The notes: generated from the sequence alone by a model not told the origin. A stretch of 64,000 nucleotides of DNA from Candidatus Cloacimonadales bacterium (GCA_963665815.1 OY762463.1:2592001-2656000), one strand, 5' to 3'. Counted from the first letter of the stretch, positions 20,576-30,653 are shown. Numbers and translations: made by a program.

Positions 20576-20830
20576 ATGGAAAAAAGATTTCTAATTATTG
20601 TGATTGATATCAGAAAGAAAGAAGCCGTTACAGTACAAAAGATTCTCACTGAGTGGGGCTGCTTTATTAAGACACGTCTTGGTCTGCATGAAGGAGTATT
20701 AGATAATTGTTCGGAAATTGGAACAATCTTTATTGAACTTGCAGGTAATAAAGAAAAACATGATGAACTGAACAGAAAACTTAATCTCTTACAGGGAGTT
20801 AGCTCTCAAGTTATAGAAATGCAAGTATAA
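20576..20830 (+). CDS. TM1266-like small ferredoxin-fold protein (putative iron-only hydrogenase system regulator family)
   Basis: [20 protein letters not shown]...C..GTIFIEL pattern. Confidence 0.7.
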   Translation: MEKRFLIIVIDIRKKEAVTVQKILTEWGCFIKTRLGLHEGVLDNCSEIGTIFIELAGNKEKHDELNRKLNLLQGVSSQVIEMQV

Positions 20831-20841
20831 TCGGAGGAAAA

Positions 20842-20982
20842 ATGCAAAAATACGTATGCGATGCATGTGGATACATCTACGATCCAGCAGAACATGATAA
20901 TGTGGCTTTTGAAGATCTGCCAGAAGATTGGACATGCCCTGAATGCGGCGTTGGAAAAGACCTTTTCAGCCCAGTTGACTAA
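20842..20982 (+). CDS. rub: Short-type rubredoxin (46 aa), not in ORF track
   Basis: [54 protein letters not shown]. Confidence 0.96.
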   Translation: MQKYVCDACGYIYDPAEHDNVAFEDLPEDWTCPECGVGKDLFSPVD

Positions 20983-20991
20983 AATATTACT

Positions 20992-21022
20992 AAAGGCTGT
21001 CTTTTAAAGGCAGTCTTTTTTT
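20992..21022 (+). terminator. Intrinsic terminator
   Basis: AAAGGCTGTCTT/AAGGCAGTCTTT stem followed by T-run. Confidence 0.75.
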
Positions 21023-21111
21023 GTTTTAAATATATAATCAACTTAATTAATTGACAGTATTTTTAAGAGTTGATTAATTATAAAAATATCACAAAGCAAC
21101 CGGAGTTATTT

Positions 21112-21570
21112 ATGGAAAAGACAAAATTTGATACAATTCTTGATTTTGCAATTGAAAGAGAATATGAAGCAGTTGAGTTTTATACAGATTTGAGTAGCAA
21201 AATTCTTTTTGCAGCTCAGAAAGTTATGCTTAAAGATCTTGCAGATATGGAAAAAGGTCATGCAGCTGCTCTTGAGAGAATCAGAACAAAGGGATTTGCT
21301 CAAACAAAAAAGGTGAATCAGGATGTAGAAGATCTTCATATTGCTGATTATCTCGTTGATGTAGAAATCAAACCAAATCTCTCATATCAGGATATTATTC
21401 TGATTGCTATGAAAAGAGAAGAAAAAGCAAAAAAACTGTATCTTGATCTTGCAAACAAAGTCAGTGACGGTGAAATGCAGAATTTATTCCGTCGACTTGC
21501 GGATGAGGAAGCAAAACATAAACACCAGTTCGAAGTAATCTACGACGAAGAAGTTTTAAAAGAAAATTGA
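21112..21570 (+). CDS. Rubrerythrin/ferritin-like diiron protein
   Basis: FAIEREYEAVEFY...EKGH and AMKREEKAKKLY...EEAKHK duplicated ExxH motifs. Confidence 0.88.
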   Translation: MEKTKFDTILDFAIEREYEAVEFYTDLSSKILFAAQKVMLKDLADMEKGHAAALERIRTKGFAQTKKVNQDVEDLHIADYLVDVEIKPNLSYQDIILIAMKREEKAKKLYLDLANKVSDGEMQNLFRRLADEEAKHKHQFEVIYDEEVLKEN

Positions 21571-21578
21571 AAATAGAT

Positions 21579-21615
21579 GGTGTTAAAGCTTGCCCGGTTT
21601 TAACACCTTTTTTTT
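21579..21615 (+). terminator. Intrinsic terminator
   Basis: GGTGTTAAAGC/GTTTTAACACC stem followed by T-run. Confidence 0.75.
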
Positions 21616-21761
21616 ATTGCTAAAAAACTTTTGAAGAGCTTTGCATAATAGTTAAACCGGAATTATTTAACAGTAAAGCATAATCAACTTGAATTTTCTG
21701 GAGAAAAGAAATATAATAGATGATTACGCCGATTATGCAGATATCTCACCCTGGAGATCGT

Positions 21762-22268
21762 ATGATTCACATTTATACAGGTAACGGCAAAGGTAAAACA
21801 ACTGCATCACTTGGTTTAATATTAAGAGCATTAGGAAGAGATAAGAAAGTCTGTCTTATACAATTTATGAAGAAAAATTATGAATATGGGGAGATTAAGT
21901 TTCTACAAAAATGCGATAATATTGATATTTTCCAGTTTGGTACGGATAAACTGATTGACCCGAATAATCCTGCCGAAATCGACTTCAAAGAAGCTGAACT
22001 TGCTGTGGAAAAAGCTGAGTTTGTGATAAAAAATGGTAGTTATGATTTAATTGTTATTGATGAAATCAATGTAGCTGTGTCCTGGAAACTTATCCCACTT
22101 GATAAACAACTTGCTCTAATGGATATTGAAACTGAATCTGAACTTGTAATGACAGGAAGATATGTCAGTGATGAAGCTATTGAAAAAGCTGATCTTGTAA
22201 CAGAAATGAAAGAAATAAAACACTATTATATGCAAAATGTTCCTGCAAGAATTGGCATTGAGTATTGA
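21762..22268 (+). CDS. cobO: Cob(I)yrinic acid a,c-diamide adenosyltransferase
   Basis: IYTGNGKGKTTASLG, IQFMK, DEINVA, MTGR, ADLVTEM, ARIGIEY. Confidence 0.93.
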   Translation: MIHIYTGNGKGKTTASLGLILRALGRDKKVCLIQFMKKNYEYGEIKFLQKCDNIDIFQFGTDKLIDPNNPAEIDFKEAELAVEKAEFVIKNGSYDLIVIDEINVAVSWKLIPLDKQLALMDIETESELVMTGRYVSDEAIEKADLVTEMKEIKHYYMQNVPARIGIEY

Positions 22269-22286
22269 TGATGTGAAGGACAGATA

Positions 22287-23327
22287 ATGGTATCTCAGGA
22301 ATTCATTAAGAAAAACCTATATAACAGAACTGTACTATCGTATTTGCTGTTGCCATTATCAGGGCTGTATTCCTTTGCTCAGATTGTTCACAGGAACCAT
22401 TACAAAATATTCAAACCCCAAAGGCAATCCGAAAATGTACAGGTCGTTTCTGTGGGAAATATTACAGCAGGTGGGAGCGGAAAAACTCCATTCACTATTT
22501 TCCTGGCTGAACTGCTGATGAAAAACAAAGTTAAAACAGCAGTATGTTTGCGCGGTTACAAGGGAGATTTTGAGGAATCCAACAGAATCATATCTTCTTA
22601 TGACAGGATATACGAAATAGCGGGAAAAGCCGGTGACGAAGCACAATTGCTGGCATCAAAACTGCCTGGTGTTCCAATAGCAGTTGGCAGAAACAGAGCT
22701 CTCTCTGTTAATCTACTGGTGAATGAATTTAAAGACCTGGATGTGATAATCCTCGATGATGCATTTCAGCACCTGAAAGTTCATCAGGATCACAGAATAG
22801 TACTGTTTAACAAATCTGCCGGACTGGGAAACGGTTTTGTAATTCCGGCAGGTATTCTGAGAGAACCTTTGTCTGCTCTGAAAGACGCAGATTTTTTCGT
22901 ATGTAATGGTGGAGATATTAAAGGGCTTCCCGGAAACAAGAAAACATACACAGGCAAATATGTAATTGATACTATCTATAATCTGAATGGGGAAGAGGTA
23001 AAACAGGATGATTTACAGGGAAAAAGCATTGGGCTTCTTTCCGGGCTTGGTTTTCCGGAATCATTCGAAAAGACAGTTAATGATGCATGTTTCACGTTCA
23101 ACCATCATTTCCGCTATCCTGATCATTTCAATTATACATCTGATACAATGGACTCTATAAGAAAAGAAATGACAGCAAAAGGGCTGGAAATCATTCTCAC
23201 GACAGAAAAGGATTATACAAAGCTATCTCTTCTTAAGAGCAGTATTGATTTTCCTGTTTATGTAGTAGCTATCAAATATGCTGTAGCTGGAGCAGAAGAG
23301 ATATTGAGGATTGTGACTGGAAGATAG
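22287..23327 (+). CDS. lpxK: Tetraacyldisaccharide 4'-kinase
   Basis: SVGNITAGGSGKTP, RGYKG, GDEA, LDDAFQH, PAGILRE, YPDH, TTEKD. Confidence 0.96.
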   Translation: MVSQEFIKKNLYNRTVLSYLLLPLSGLYSFAQIVHRNHYKIFKPQRQSENVQVVSVGNITAGGSGKTPFTIFLAELLMKNKVKTAVCLRGYKGDFEESNRIISSYDRIYEIAGKAGDEAQLLASKLPGVPIAVGRNRALSVNLLVNEFKDLDVIILDDAFQHLKVHQDHRIVLFNKSAGLGNGFVIPAGILREPLSALKDADFFVCNGGDIKGLPGNKKTYTGKYVIDTIYNLNGEEVKQDDLQGKSIGLLSGLGFPESFEKTVNDACFTFNHHFRYPDHFNYTSDTMDSIRKEMTAKGLEIILTTEKDYTKLSLLKSSIDFPVYVVAIKYAVAGAEEILRIVTGR

Positions 23328-23330
23328 AAA

Positions 23331-24104
23331 CTAATACTTTTTCCCAAAATGTACATCAATCCAGTCTCGTATTCGTATTTCATTACCATGTTTGATAATT
23401 TGATTTGAGATCCCATTAAACAGTCTTGATCTTGTATCTTCATCAAGAGCAATATTATCTGAATATGTTGCAAGTAGTCCTGTATATTCCTCAGCAGACA
23501 TGTATCTTTCAGTCTTATATACGGTACATTGAACTTCGTTAAAACCTGTCGTTTCTATTGCCTGATCAATCACGTTAAACTTCTTCATTAATTCTTCATG
23601 GGCTGCATGTTCAGAGCTACCGAAAACCTGTTTATACACATCCTGAATTGCAGTATGGAGTGGATTATCAGGATCATTGACCATTGGTCTGTTCCAGAAT
23701 AAGGCAATCATTCTTTCGTTTTTCAGAAGGTCAAATGCTTTTTTCATACCGAAATCGTAATCAATCCAGTGGAAAGATGTTCCTGCATATATCAGATCGA
23801 AATGATCCTTATCGGATTCGAAATCTTCAAAGCTGCAGTTAATGATACTGAAATTTTCATAGTTACTGAATTTTTGTCTACAGATTGCTGTAAGGTTTGG
23901 TCCGGGTTCTACACATACTACCTTTGCTCCGGTTTTCAGGAATGGTTCTGTAGCCTGTCCTGTACCGGGTCCAATCTCCAGAATCTTTGAATTTGCATTT
24001 ATTCCTGAGAACTCAATAATATCTTCAAACAATTCTTTTACATAAATTGGACGGCTGGTATTGTATTGCTCTGCAACAGTATCGAATAACATTTTTCTTT
24101 TCAT
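23331..24104 (-). CDS. Class I SAM-dependent methyltransferase
   Basis: LEIGPGTGQAT, FDLIYAGTSFHWI. Confidence 0.9.
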   Translation of the reverse strand: MKRKMLFDTVAEQYNTSRPIYVKELFEDIIEFSGINANSKILEIGPGTGQATEPFLKTGAKVVCVEPGPNLTAICRQKFSNYENFSIINCSFEDFESDKDHFDLIYAGTSFHWIDYDFGMKKAFDLLKNERMIALFWNRPMVNDPDNPLHTAIQDVYKQVFGSSEHAAHEELMKKFNVIDQAIETTGFNEVQCTVYKTERYMSAEEYTGLLATYSDNIALDEDTRSRLFNGISNQIIKHGNEIRIRDWIDVHFGKKY

Positions 24105-24151
24105 TTTGTTAAAACCACTGATTATATATCTGATTCAGTATACAAAGTACA

Positions 24152-24967
24152 CTACTTAAATTGACTTTCAATAAACCTTATTACTCTCTCTGCTTCATCT
24201 ATATTATATGTAAACTCCATCTGTGAAGTAAAAATCTGTGCTCTTTTATGCACGAACTGCTGTGTAAGAAAAAGTTTTTCCCGAATATCACCTGGATCTG
24301 CAGATGGATAAATTTTTTGAAAATCAGTGTATACTTCATCAGTTAGAAAGTTTTTCAACCATTTCCCGCATTTTCCTGTGTTAACTTTCCAGTAATTTTC
24401 AAGACCAATCTGCCAGTTAAGAATCTTTTTAACACACTCGATCAGGATGTTATCAAACATAAATTTTGCATAAGGAATCTCATTTCTGAGCAGTCCCTTG
24501 GTAATATAAGGCTGTATCCACCAGAATTCATTCATCAGTTCAGCGAATTCTTTTTCGGTTGGTTTAACTATATAATATGATGATTCATCAGGAACCGGAA
24601 GATCATTTATCAAACTGTTCTTATCAAGAAGGACCTTCGTTAATGAATCTTTTGCTATAGTCTCTTCAAGCATTTTAAGATCATAAAAGTTCAGATCAAT
24701 TCTCAATCCGTTCTCATACTGAGTCATCACAATATATGACCCGTTCTCAAAATCATTCTGTTGAGAAATAACAGGTTTACCAAATCTGTTTATCCAGGAC
24801 AAATCTGATTTGAAGTCATGCTTAGCCAGATCCTCAACAAAGAAAATTAAATCATAATCCTGAAACTCATCTTTCGGGGCATTAGGATTGACACGTGAGC
24901 CATTCATAACCACAACTTTTACTGCCGAAATAGACTCTGCAAACTGAAGTATTTGATCTAAAATCAT
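24152..24967 (-). CDS. Aminoglycoside 6-adenylyltransferase (ANT(6)/AadK-like) family protein
   Basis: MNGSRVNPNAPKDEFQDYD, LLDK, NEFWW..PY..KGL.RNE, GKCGKWLK. Confidence 0.88.
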   Translation of the reverse strand: MILDQILQFAESISAVKVVVMNGSRVNPNAPKDEFQDYDLIFFVEDLAKHDFKSDLSWINRFGKPVISQQNDFENGSYIVMTQYENGLRIDLNFYDLKMLEETIAKDSLTKVLLDKNSLINDLPVPDESSYYIVKPTEKEFAELMNEFWWIQPYITKGLLRNEIPYAKFMFDNILIECVKKILNWQIGLENYWKVNTGKCGKWLKNFLTDEVYTDFQKIYPSADPGDIREKLFLTQQFVHKRAQIFTSQMEFTYNIDEAERVIRFIESQFK

Positions 24968-24970
24968 GTC

Positions 24971-25555
24971 TTAAAGGCTTGCTCCTCTATCCTCAATTTC
25001 TTTCGCAAATTGATTCACTTTAGGCTGTAAAAAGAATATCCCGATAGGGAAAATCAATATCATAAAAAGATTATACAAAATATCTTCAGTCTGAACTTTT
25101 CTTTTCAGTTCATACAGCTTTAACGATCTGGCAGCATAGAATATATTATAGGCAGATAGTGCCGTAACAACAGCATGGAATGGAACAATACCTACAAAAA
25201 AGCCTGCCGACAAAGGATGAGTAACCGACAACATAAAACCAAACGCAAAAGTAACAGTATATGCAAAACTGAATATCATGGAGAACTTGAAGAATGTTGA
25301 ACTCTTTTTTAAGTCTTCCGGTAAATGCCTGTTCAGTGTAAAGCCAATATTCCATGTCCAGAAGAAATGAATTATATAAGGTATGCTTGTACCGACAAAA
25401 TAAGTGGTAAACAGCTTCAGTAAAATATTTTTATCAAAACTGGATGTGAGAAATGATACAAATAGAACAGAGCCAAAGATTGTTGATGCAATAAGACTGC
25501 CGGCTACGATTATCAGTGCTATCTGCCAGGCTTTCAGTTTCATGAGGAATTTCAT
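24971..25555 (-). CDS. Hypothetical membrane protein
   Basis: About 5 hydrophobic segments; FPIGIFFLQPKVN C-terminal motif; GGAGG RBS. Confidence 0.75.
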   Translation of the reverse strand: MKFLMKLKAWQIALIIVAGSLIASTIFGSVLFVSFLTSSFDKNILLKLFTTYFVGTSIPYIIHFFWTWNIGFTLNRHLPEDLKKSSTFFKFSMIFSFAYTVTFAFGFMLSVTHPLSAGFFVGIVPFHAVVTALSAYNIFYAARSLKLYELKRKVQTEDILYNLFMILIFPIGIFFLQPKVNQFAKEIEDRGASL

Positions 25556-25578
25556 TTACCCTCCAATATTATGTTAGA

Positions 25579-26421
25579 TTACATAGATTTAGGTGAATCC
25601 AGGAACATTGATTTTGTTTGAGAAATGTCTACTTCCGGCAGATATTTTTCCACAATAGCAAAAGTTTCAACTATCAGGGAATAGAGATCATCGAGAATAT
25701 CTTTTCCAGGATTCGACATTATTTTCAATATCCTGTTGTAAAGGTTTTCCGGTTTGATCTCGAAGGCATCTGTGACATTCTTAATTTTGCGGAAGTCTCC
25801 CGGTATATACATTTTATTTACTCCAAGAAGCAAACCTATCACTCGTTTTATCAGAATACTTTTCACATCTGTTGTCCAGATGATATTATCTTCTTTCTGA
25901 AACCTGTATTTAAGCTCATTGAAAGAACCGAATCGCATGAATTTTTCAATAGTCTTAACAGCCAGCTCTTCCGGATAATCTGCCAAACACTCCTTTACGC
26001 TGTTAATATATTCCTCACCGAATAACGGAACAACAGTTTTGAAGCCATCCGCAACCAGATGATAGAGAGGTTCCATTGACTTGTTTTCGATGATCTCATG
26101 AATAACAGCTTCATAGAAATCAGGTTTAGCATGTGAAAGCTGTACTTCTGTACCATCAACATAGTATAGTTCCAGACAGCCATGCTCTGACTTATTCATG
26201 AAAGTTCTGTCTGTTCCCTTGTTATGCTCAAAGGCTTTGTCCAGCATCTCATCTGTAGGTATTTTGTCCCAGATCATTATTGTGTCGATATCAGAAAACT
26301 CGGTTGCCTGTCCTTTACTGATTGACGCACCAATTGCTATAGCCTTCAGTCCTTCGAAAGTTGTGTAGATTTCAGTTACCTGCTTTGCGAGATTAAGTAG
26401 TTCTTTGGATGTGTTTTTCAT
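25579..26421 (-). CDS. Pol-beta-type nucleotidyltransferase-domain protein
   Basis: GASISKG...FSDIDT (GS-x-DxD variant), helical C-terminal domain; ATG 26421 with AGGAG. Confidence 0.7.
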   Translation of the reverse strand: MKNTSKELLNLAKQVTEIYTTFEGLKAIAIGASISKGQATEFSDIDTIMIWDKIPTDEMLDKAFEHNKGTDRTFMNKSEHGCLELYYVDGTEVQLSHAKPDFYEAVIHEIIENKSMEPLYHLVADGFKTVVPLFGEEYINSVKECLADYPEELAVKTIEKFMRFGSFNELKYRFQKEDNIIWTTDVKSILIKRVIGLLLGVNKMYIPGDFRKIKNVTDAFEIKPENLYNRILKIMSNPGKDILDDLYSLIVETFAIVEKYLPEVDISQTKSMFLDSPKSM

Positions 26422-26587
26422 TAGATTCTCCTTTGTGCTCAAAAAAAAGCTATTATTTGATCCATCTCGTTTTTACCTGTTCAATAATATATTTGTCTAT
26501 ATTTTTCTTATTCTGAGATATTTGTCATTCTCATATTGACAAACATACAATCAAAATCTACAAATTAACTTTAGTGAAGGAGGTTAT

Positions 26588-27772
26588 ATGAAAAAGAGCA
26601 TGTTGCAGCTGTTATCTTTTATGGTATTAAACTCATATGGAGATATGATGACTTATATTTCTACAAGAAAGACTTACAATAAGTTCTGTACTGACAGTAA
26701 AGCTGCCGGTTTAGCCGGTATCCAGAATTTTAACAATGCCTCAGGATCAACATTATTCAAAAATCCTGCAGGGTTAGCATTAGTCAAGATGGGACAAATA
26801 GGAGTTGATTTTAATTTTGAAAGTGCAGCTATTGAGTCAGAAGACCAATATACTGAAAATCTTGAATATAATCCATCCTATGAGTTTGGCGCTGTGTATG
26901 GGCTTTTTCCTGTATCGATTTCCGGAAGAGAATTCAGTTTCGGAGTTGGATACAATAACCTGTTTCATACAGTTTGTGATATTGAAAATCTTCCCAATTC
27001 CACTGTCGAAAAGAGTGGTGGAATCAACTTTCTTACGTTTGGAACAGGATATAAGCATGGAAATTTTTTTGGTGGATTCAGTTATCATGTGACATGCAAC
27101 TCAGAGGTTGAAACTGAAGAAAAATTATACAATATTGAATACTATTTTAATGATAAGTTCAAATATAAATACGAAGGTGATTTTTTTTCCCTCGGAGCCG
27201 GATATATATTTGATAATTTCATTTTCTCACTCCACTATAAATCTGAGCTAATTTTAGATAGAACTGCAATGCAATCATATAGTGATGATTCTTTTTATCC
27301 AAACTATGAATACTATTCCCCGGAGTTTATTGCTGCAGGTCTACAATATGAGAAAAATAATTTCACATATCTGACTGAAATTGAATACCATGATATTTCA
27401 GAAATTACTATTGATTCTAATTATTCTGTTGAACGTACGGAAAGAGCTCCTTTTCATGAAGAAGATTCAAAATTCAGTTACAGGTTTGGAGTTGAATACT
27501 CGAGCAAGTATACTTATAGAGTAGGTATTGCTCTTAATAATCTGGCAGCTAAAGACTATTGGTATTATCAAGATAAAAAAGCGAATAGTGATTCGAATTA
27601 TGAATATGTGTATAGCGGAGTGATTACTATACCGTATAAAGATATTCTTGAATTGGATTTCGCTATGCAGCTAAGTGACAATACAGAAGTTGCCGATGGA
27701 AAATTATGGTTTTTCAATGCCTACAGTGGTGTAAAAATTTATCTACATGATTTATTTAAGATTAAGATATGA
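26588..27772 (+). CDS. FadL/OmpP1-like outer-membrane beta-barrel protein
   Basis: AAGLAG...LFKNPAGL N-terminal motif; alternating aromatic beta-strands. Confidence 0.65.
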   Translation: MKKSMLQLLSFMVLNSYGDMMTYISTRKTYNKFCTDSKAAGLAGIQNFNNASGSTLFKNPAGLALVKMGQIGVDFNFESAAIESEDQYTENLEYNPSYEFGAVYGLFPVSISGREFSFGVGYNNLFHTVCDIENLPNSTVEKSGGINFLTFGTGYKHGNFFGGFSYHVTCNSEVETEEKLYNIEYYFNDKFKYKYEGDFFSLGAGYIFDNFIFSLHYKSELILDRTAMQSYSDDSFYPNYEYYSPEFIAAGLQYEKNNFTYLTEIEYHDISEITIDSNYSVERTERAPFHEEDSKFSYRFGVEYSSKYTYRVGIALNNLAAKDYWYYQDKKANSDSNYEYVYSGVITIPYKDILELDFAMQLSDNTEVADGKLWFFNAYSGVKIYLHDLFKIKI

Positions 27773-28806
27773 AGTTTGGGTATATAGACACAGCCTTCCA
27801 CATCTTTTACTATCCCTGGTATGGAAACCCTGAGCATGATGGAGAGTACAGGCAGTGGAATCATAGAATCTTGCCGCACTGGTCAGATAAAACCTGGGAC
27901 GACGCAGGAAGTTATTCCGGTGGAGGTGATATAGGGGCAAACTTCTATCCTCAGTTAGGCTGCTATAGTTCAAATGATCCGGGCATTATTGATAAACACA
28001 TGCAGATGATCAGCAGCACGGGGATTGGAGTAGTAGTTGTTTCATGGTGGGGAGAAGGAAGCTTTGAAGATAAGACTATACCATTACTTCTTGAATCAGC
28101 AATAAAACATAACCTCAGAATAGCTTTTCATATAGAACCGTTTTACTCTAATGTTGATGAGTTTTACGCCTGTCTGGAATACCTGCAGAAATATATGGAG
28201 CACCCGGCAATATTCAAACTGAATGGTAAACCTCTGCACTATATATATGATTCATATAAAATAGAACCGGATGAATGGGAAAGAATTCTTTCGATTGAAG
28301 GTGATTTTTCTGTGCGTAATTCAGTACTTGATGCTGTATTTATTGGACTTTGGGTGGAAGAAGAGGATGGAATCAAGCTATCCAAATCCCATCTCGATGG
28401 GTTTTACACTTATTTTGCGTCAGACGGTTTTGTTTATGGAAGCACCACAAAAAACTGGAAAAGTATGGCAGAATTTGCCAAAAAAAAAGACATGCTGTTT
28501 ATTCCTTGTGCAGGACCGGGATATTCCGATACTCGTATAAGACCATGGAATGCTGAGAATTATAAATCCAGAGACAATGGAAGATATTACAAAGATATGT
28601 TCAGAGCAGCAACTATGGTTAGTCCTGACTTCATTGGTATTACGTCTTTTAATGAATGGCATGAGGGTACACAGGTTGAGCCGGCAATTCCATTTCGTAC
28701 TGGGAGTTATCTTTATGAGGATTATGAGAATAGTGATCCTGAGTTTTACCTTAAAATGACAGGAAAGTTGATCAAGGAAAGTTCGCTGCATTACTGGAGT
28801 AGTTAA
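27769..28806 (+). CDS. GH99 endo-alpha-mannosidase/mannanase-like protein
   Basis: FYYPWYGNP, DIGANFYPQLGCYSS, DGFYTYFASDGF, PGYSDTRIRPWN, TSFNEWHEGT (catalytic ExxE). Confidence 0.92.
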   Translation: MKFGYIDTAFHIFYYPWYGNPEHDGEYRQWNHRILPHWSDKTWDDAGSYSGGGDIGANFYPQLGCYSSNDPGIIDKHMQMISSTGIGVVVVSWWGEGSFEDKTIPLLLESAIKHNLRIAFHIEPFYSNVDEFYACLEYLQKYMEHPAIFKLNGKPLHYIYDSYKIEPDEWERILSIEGDFSVRNSVLDAVFIGLWVEEEDGIKLSKSHLDGFYTYFASDGFVYGSTTKNWKSMAEFAKKKDMLFIPCAGPGYSDTRIRPWNAENYKSRDNGRYYKDMFRAATMVSPDFIGITSFNEWHEGTQVEPAIPFRTGSYLYEDYENSDPEFYLKMTGKLIKESSLHYWSS

Positions 28807-28841
28807 AAAAACTCATAAAACTCATATTTTAATGACAGTAG

Positions 28842-29159
<318 letters not shown>

Positions 29160-29182
29160 TCAAACAAATTACATAGATTTTT

Positions 29183-29214
29183 ACACCGTTCCGGCTTCCG
29201 GGACGGTGTTTTTT
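29183..29214 (+). terminator. Intrinsic terminator after the gap fragment
   Basis: ACACCGTTCCGG/CCGGGACGGTGT stem plus T-run. Confidence 0.8.
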
Positions 29215-29347
29215 GTGTAAAGAACACTTCCTGTAAGACGTTGTTGATGAAATGCCTTGCGAATGTCATTAGACCCGTAGATGTTTTCGAAGAAATACAT
29301 CCAGAATTGACGTAGATGTTTTCAACCATTCCAAAGGTGTTCTAGTA

Positions 29348-29426
29348 AGACAACCGTCCGGTTGTCTCTACGCGGTGTTGGAACAGCAGATAGTTTTCAG
29401 ATGTAGAGACGTTGCATGCAACGTCT
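29348..29426. repeat. Pair of GTAG-class REP-like palindromes in inverted arrangement
   Basis: GTAGAGACAACCGGACGGTTGTCT (minus, 29348-29371) and GTAGAGACGTTGCATGCAACGTCT (plus, 29403-29426). Confidence 0.7.
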
Positions 29427-29603
29427 AAATATATTCCCGGACTGTATAAGTTCCTCCTGGCAAGAGGAAAGAATTTCGTTTGTAACAACCCAAATCCACG
29501 CATTGCCATTTCATTCCGTTTCTTCTGTATTCTCAATATAGTAAATTAATTAAATACAATAACTAAATCAATTTTTGTGCAAAATAAACAACAGGAGAGA
29601 CAA

Positions 29604-30086
29604 ATGAAAAAAAATATTGTGACAATACTATTCCTTTTAATGGCATTATCTGTTTTCGCTCAGAAAAATATAGGAGTTACCGGCTTTCTGGACAGAGAAT
29701 CAACACAGATTAACGTCTCTGTGAGACCAAACCAAACCGCTGAACTGATTGGAATGTTTGCACTGAATTCCTCTGAAGACCAATATAGCGAAACTAAATT
29801 TGGATTAGCATTAAGAAGATACATCAGATCTGGAAAAATTGAACCATTCGCCGGTGCACACTTTAAAACCATACTGCTTAATATTGATCATGGTGGTGAT
29901 GCTGCAGATTTTGTTGTCGGAGTAAATGGTGGTGCTCAATATGCAATTATGGAAAACTTATATGTAGGTTTCCAGATGGAGTTCAATATGAATATATCTG
30001 ATGATAACTCATTAAGGTTTAATAACCCCGGCAAAAATACCTACAATACATCAGTTTCACCTTTATATATAACAATATACTGGTAG
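29604..30086 (+). CDS. Small outer-membrane beta-barrel protein
   Basis: Signal peptide, amphipathic strands, GGAQY, C-terminal YITIYW; AGGAG RBS. Confidence 0.75.
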   Translation: MKKNIVTILFLLMALSVFAQKNIGVTGFLDRESTQINVSVRPNQTAELIGMFALNSSEDQYSETKFGLALRRYIRSGKIEPFAGAHFKTILLNIDHGGDAADFVVGVNGGAQYAIMENLYVGFQMEFNMNISDDNSLRFNNPGKNTYNTSVSPLYITIYW

Positions 30087-30090
30087 ATGT

Positions 30091-30627
30091 ATGAAACATA
30101 TATTTCTAATAGTGATTTCAGCACTGCTTTTCAGTTGTAATAGTAGCGGAGATAAAATTCTGATGCCTCCAACTTCAGCAAACATTGTTAATGGAATCGC
30201 TGTAACAACAGCTTGTGGACCGGAATATACTAAAATAGTCGGGAATCCTCATTATGACAGTGTAATAAGGGGAGTGTATCCAAATCCGTCAAACGGAGAA
30301 TGTATGATTGATTTCAATATGTTTCAAGCCGGTAAGTGCAGGATTTGGATTGAGAATGCTTATCCTAGCGATTTTTTAAATCCACTATTGGGCAACTATT
30401 TTGATATACCTGAAAACAAAGTACGGAATGAAGTAAGATTACTCTGCGACCAAAACTTTAGTAAAGGAATTCATAATGTAGTGTGGCGTGCAATTGATAA
30501 TTATGGTAATACAGTTTCTGAAGGATTCTATAGAGTTTATCTGCAGACTGGGGGTGAAATCCATTTTGCCGATATTCTGATTGCCTGGAACCCAATACCG
30601 GGTATGTCATATGGTGAAGTTTACTAA
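30091..30627 (+). CDS. Lipoprotein with FlgD-Ig-like domain
   Basis: Lipobox LFSC; YPNP...VRLL...GIHNVVW..IDNYG..VSEGFYRVYL. Confidence 0.7.
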   Translation: MKHIFLIVISALLFSCNSSGDKILMPPTSANIVNGIAVTTACGPEYTKIVGNPHYDSVIRGVYPNPSNGECMIDFNMFQAGKCRIWIENAYPSDFLNPLLGNYFDIPENKVRNEVRLLCDQNFSKGIHNVVWRAIDNYGNTVSEGFYRVYLQTGGEIHFADILIAWNPIPGMSYGEVY

Positions 30628-30653
30628 TTGTTGTACTTAATGTATAACTATAG

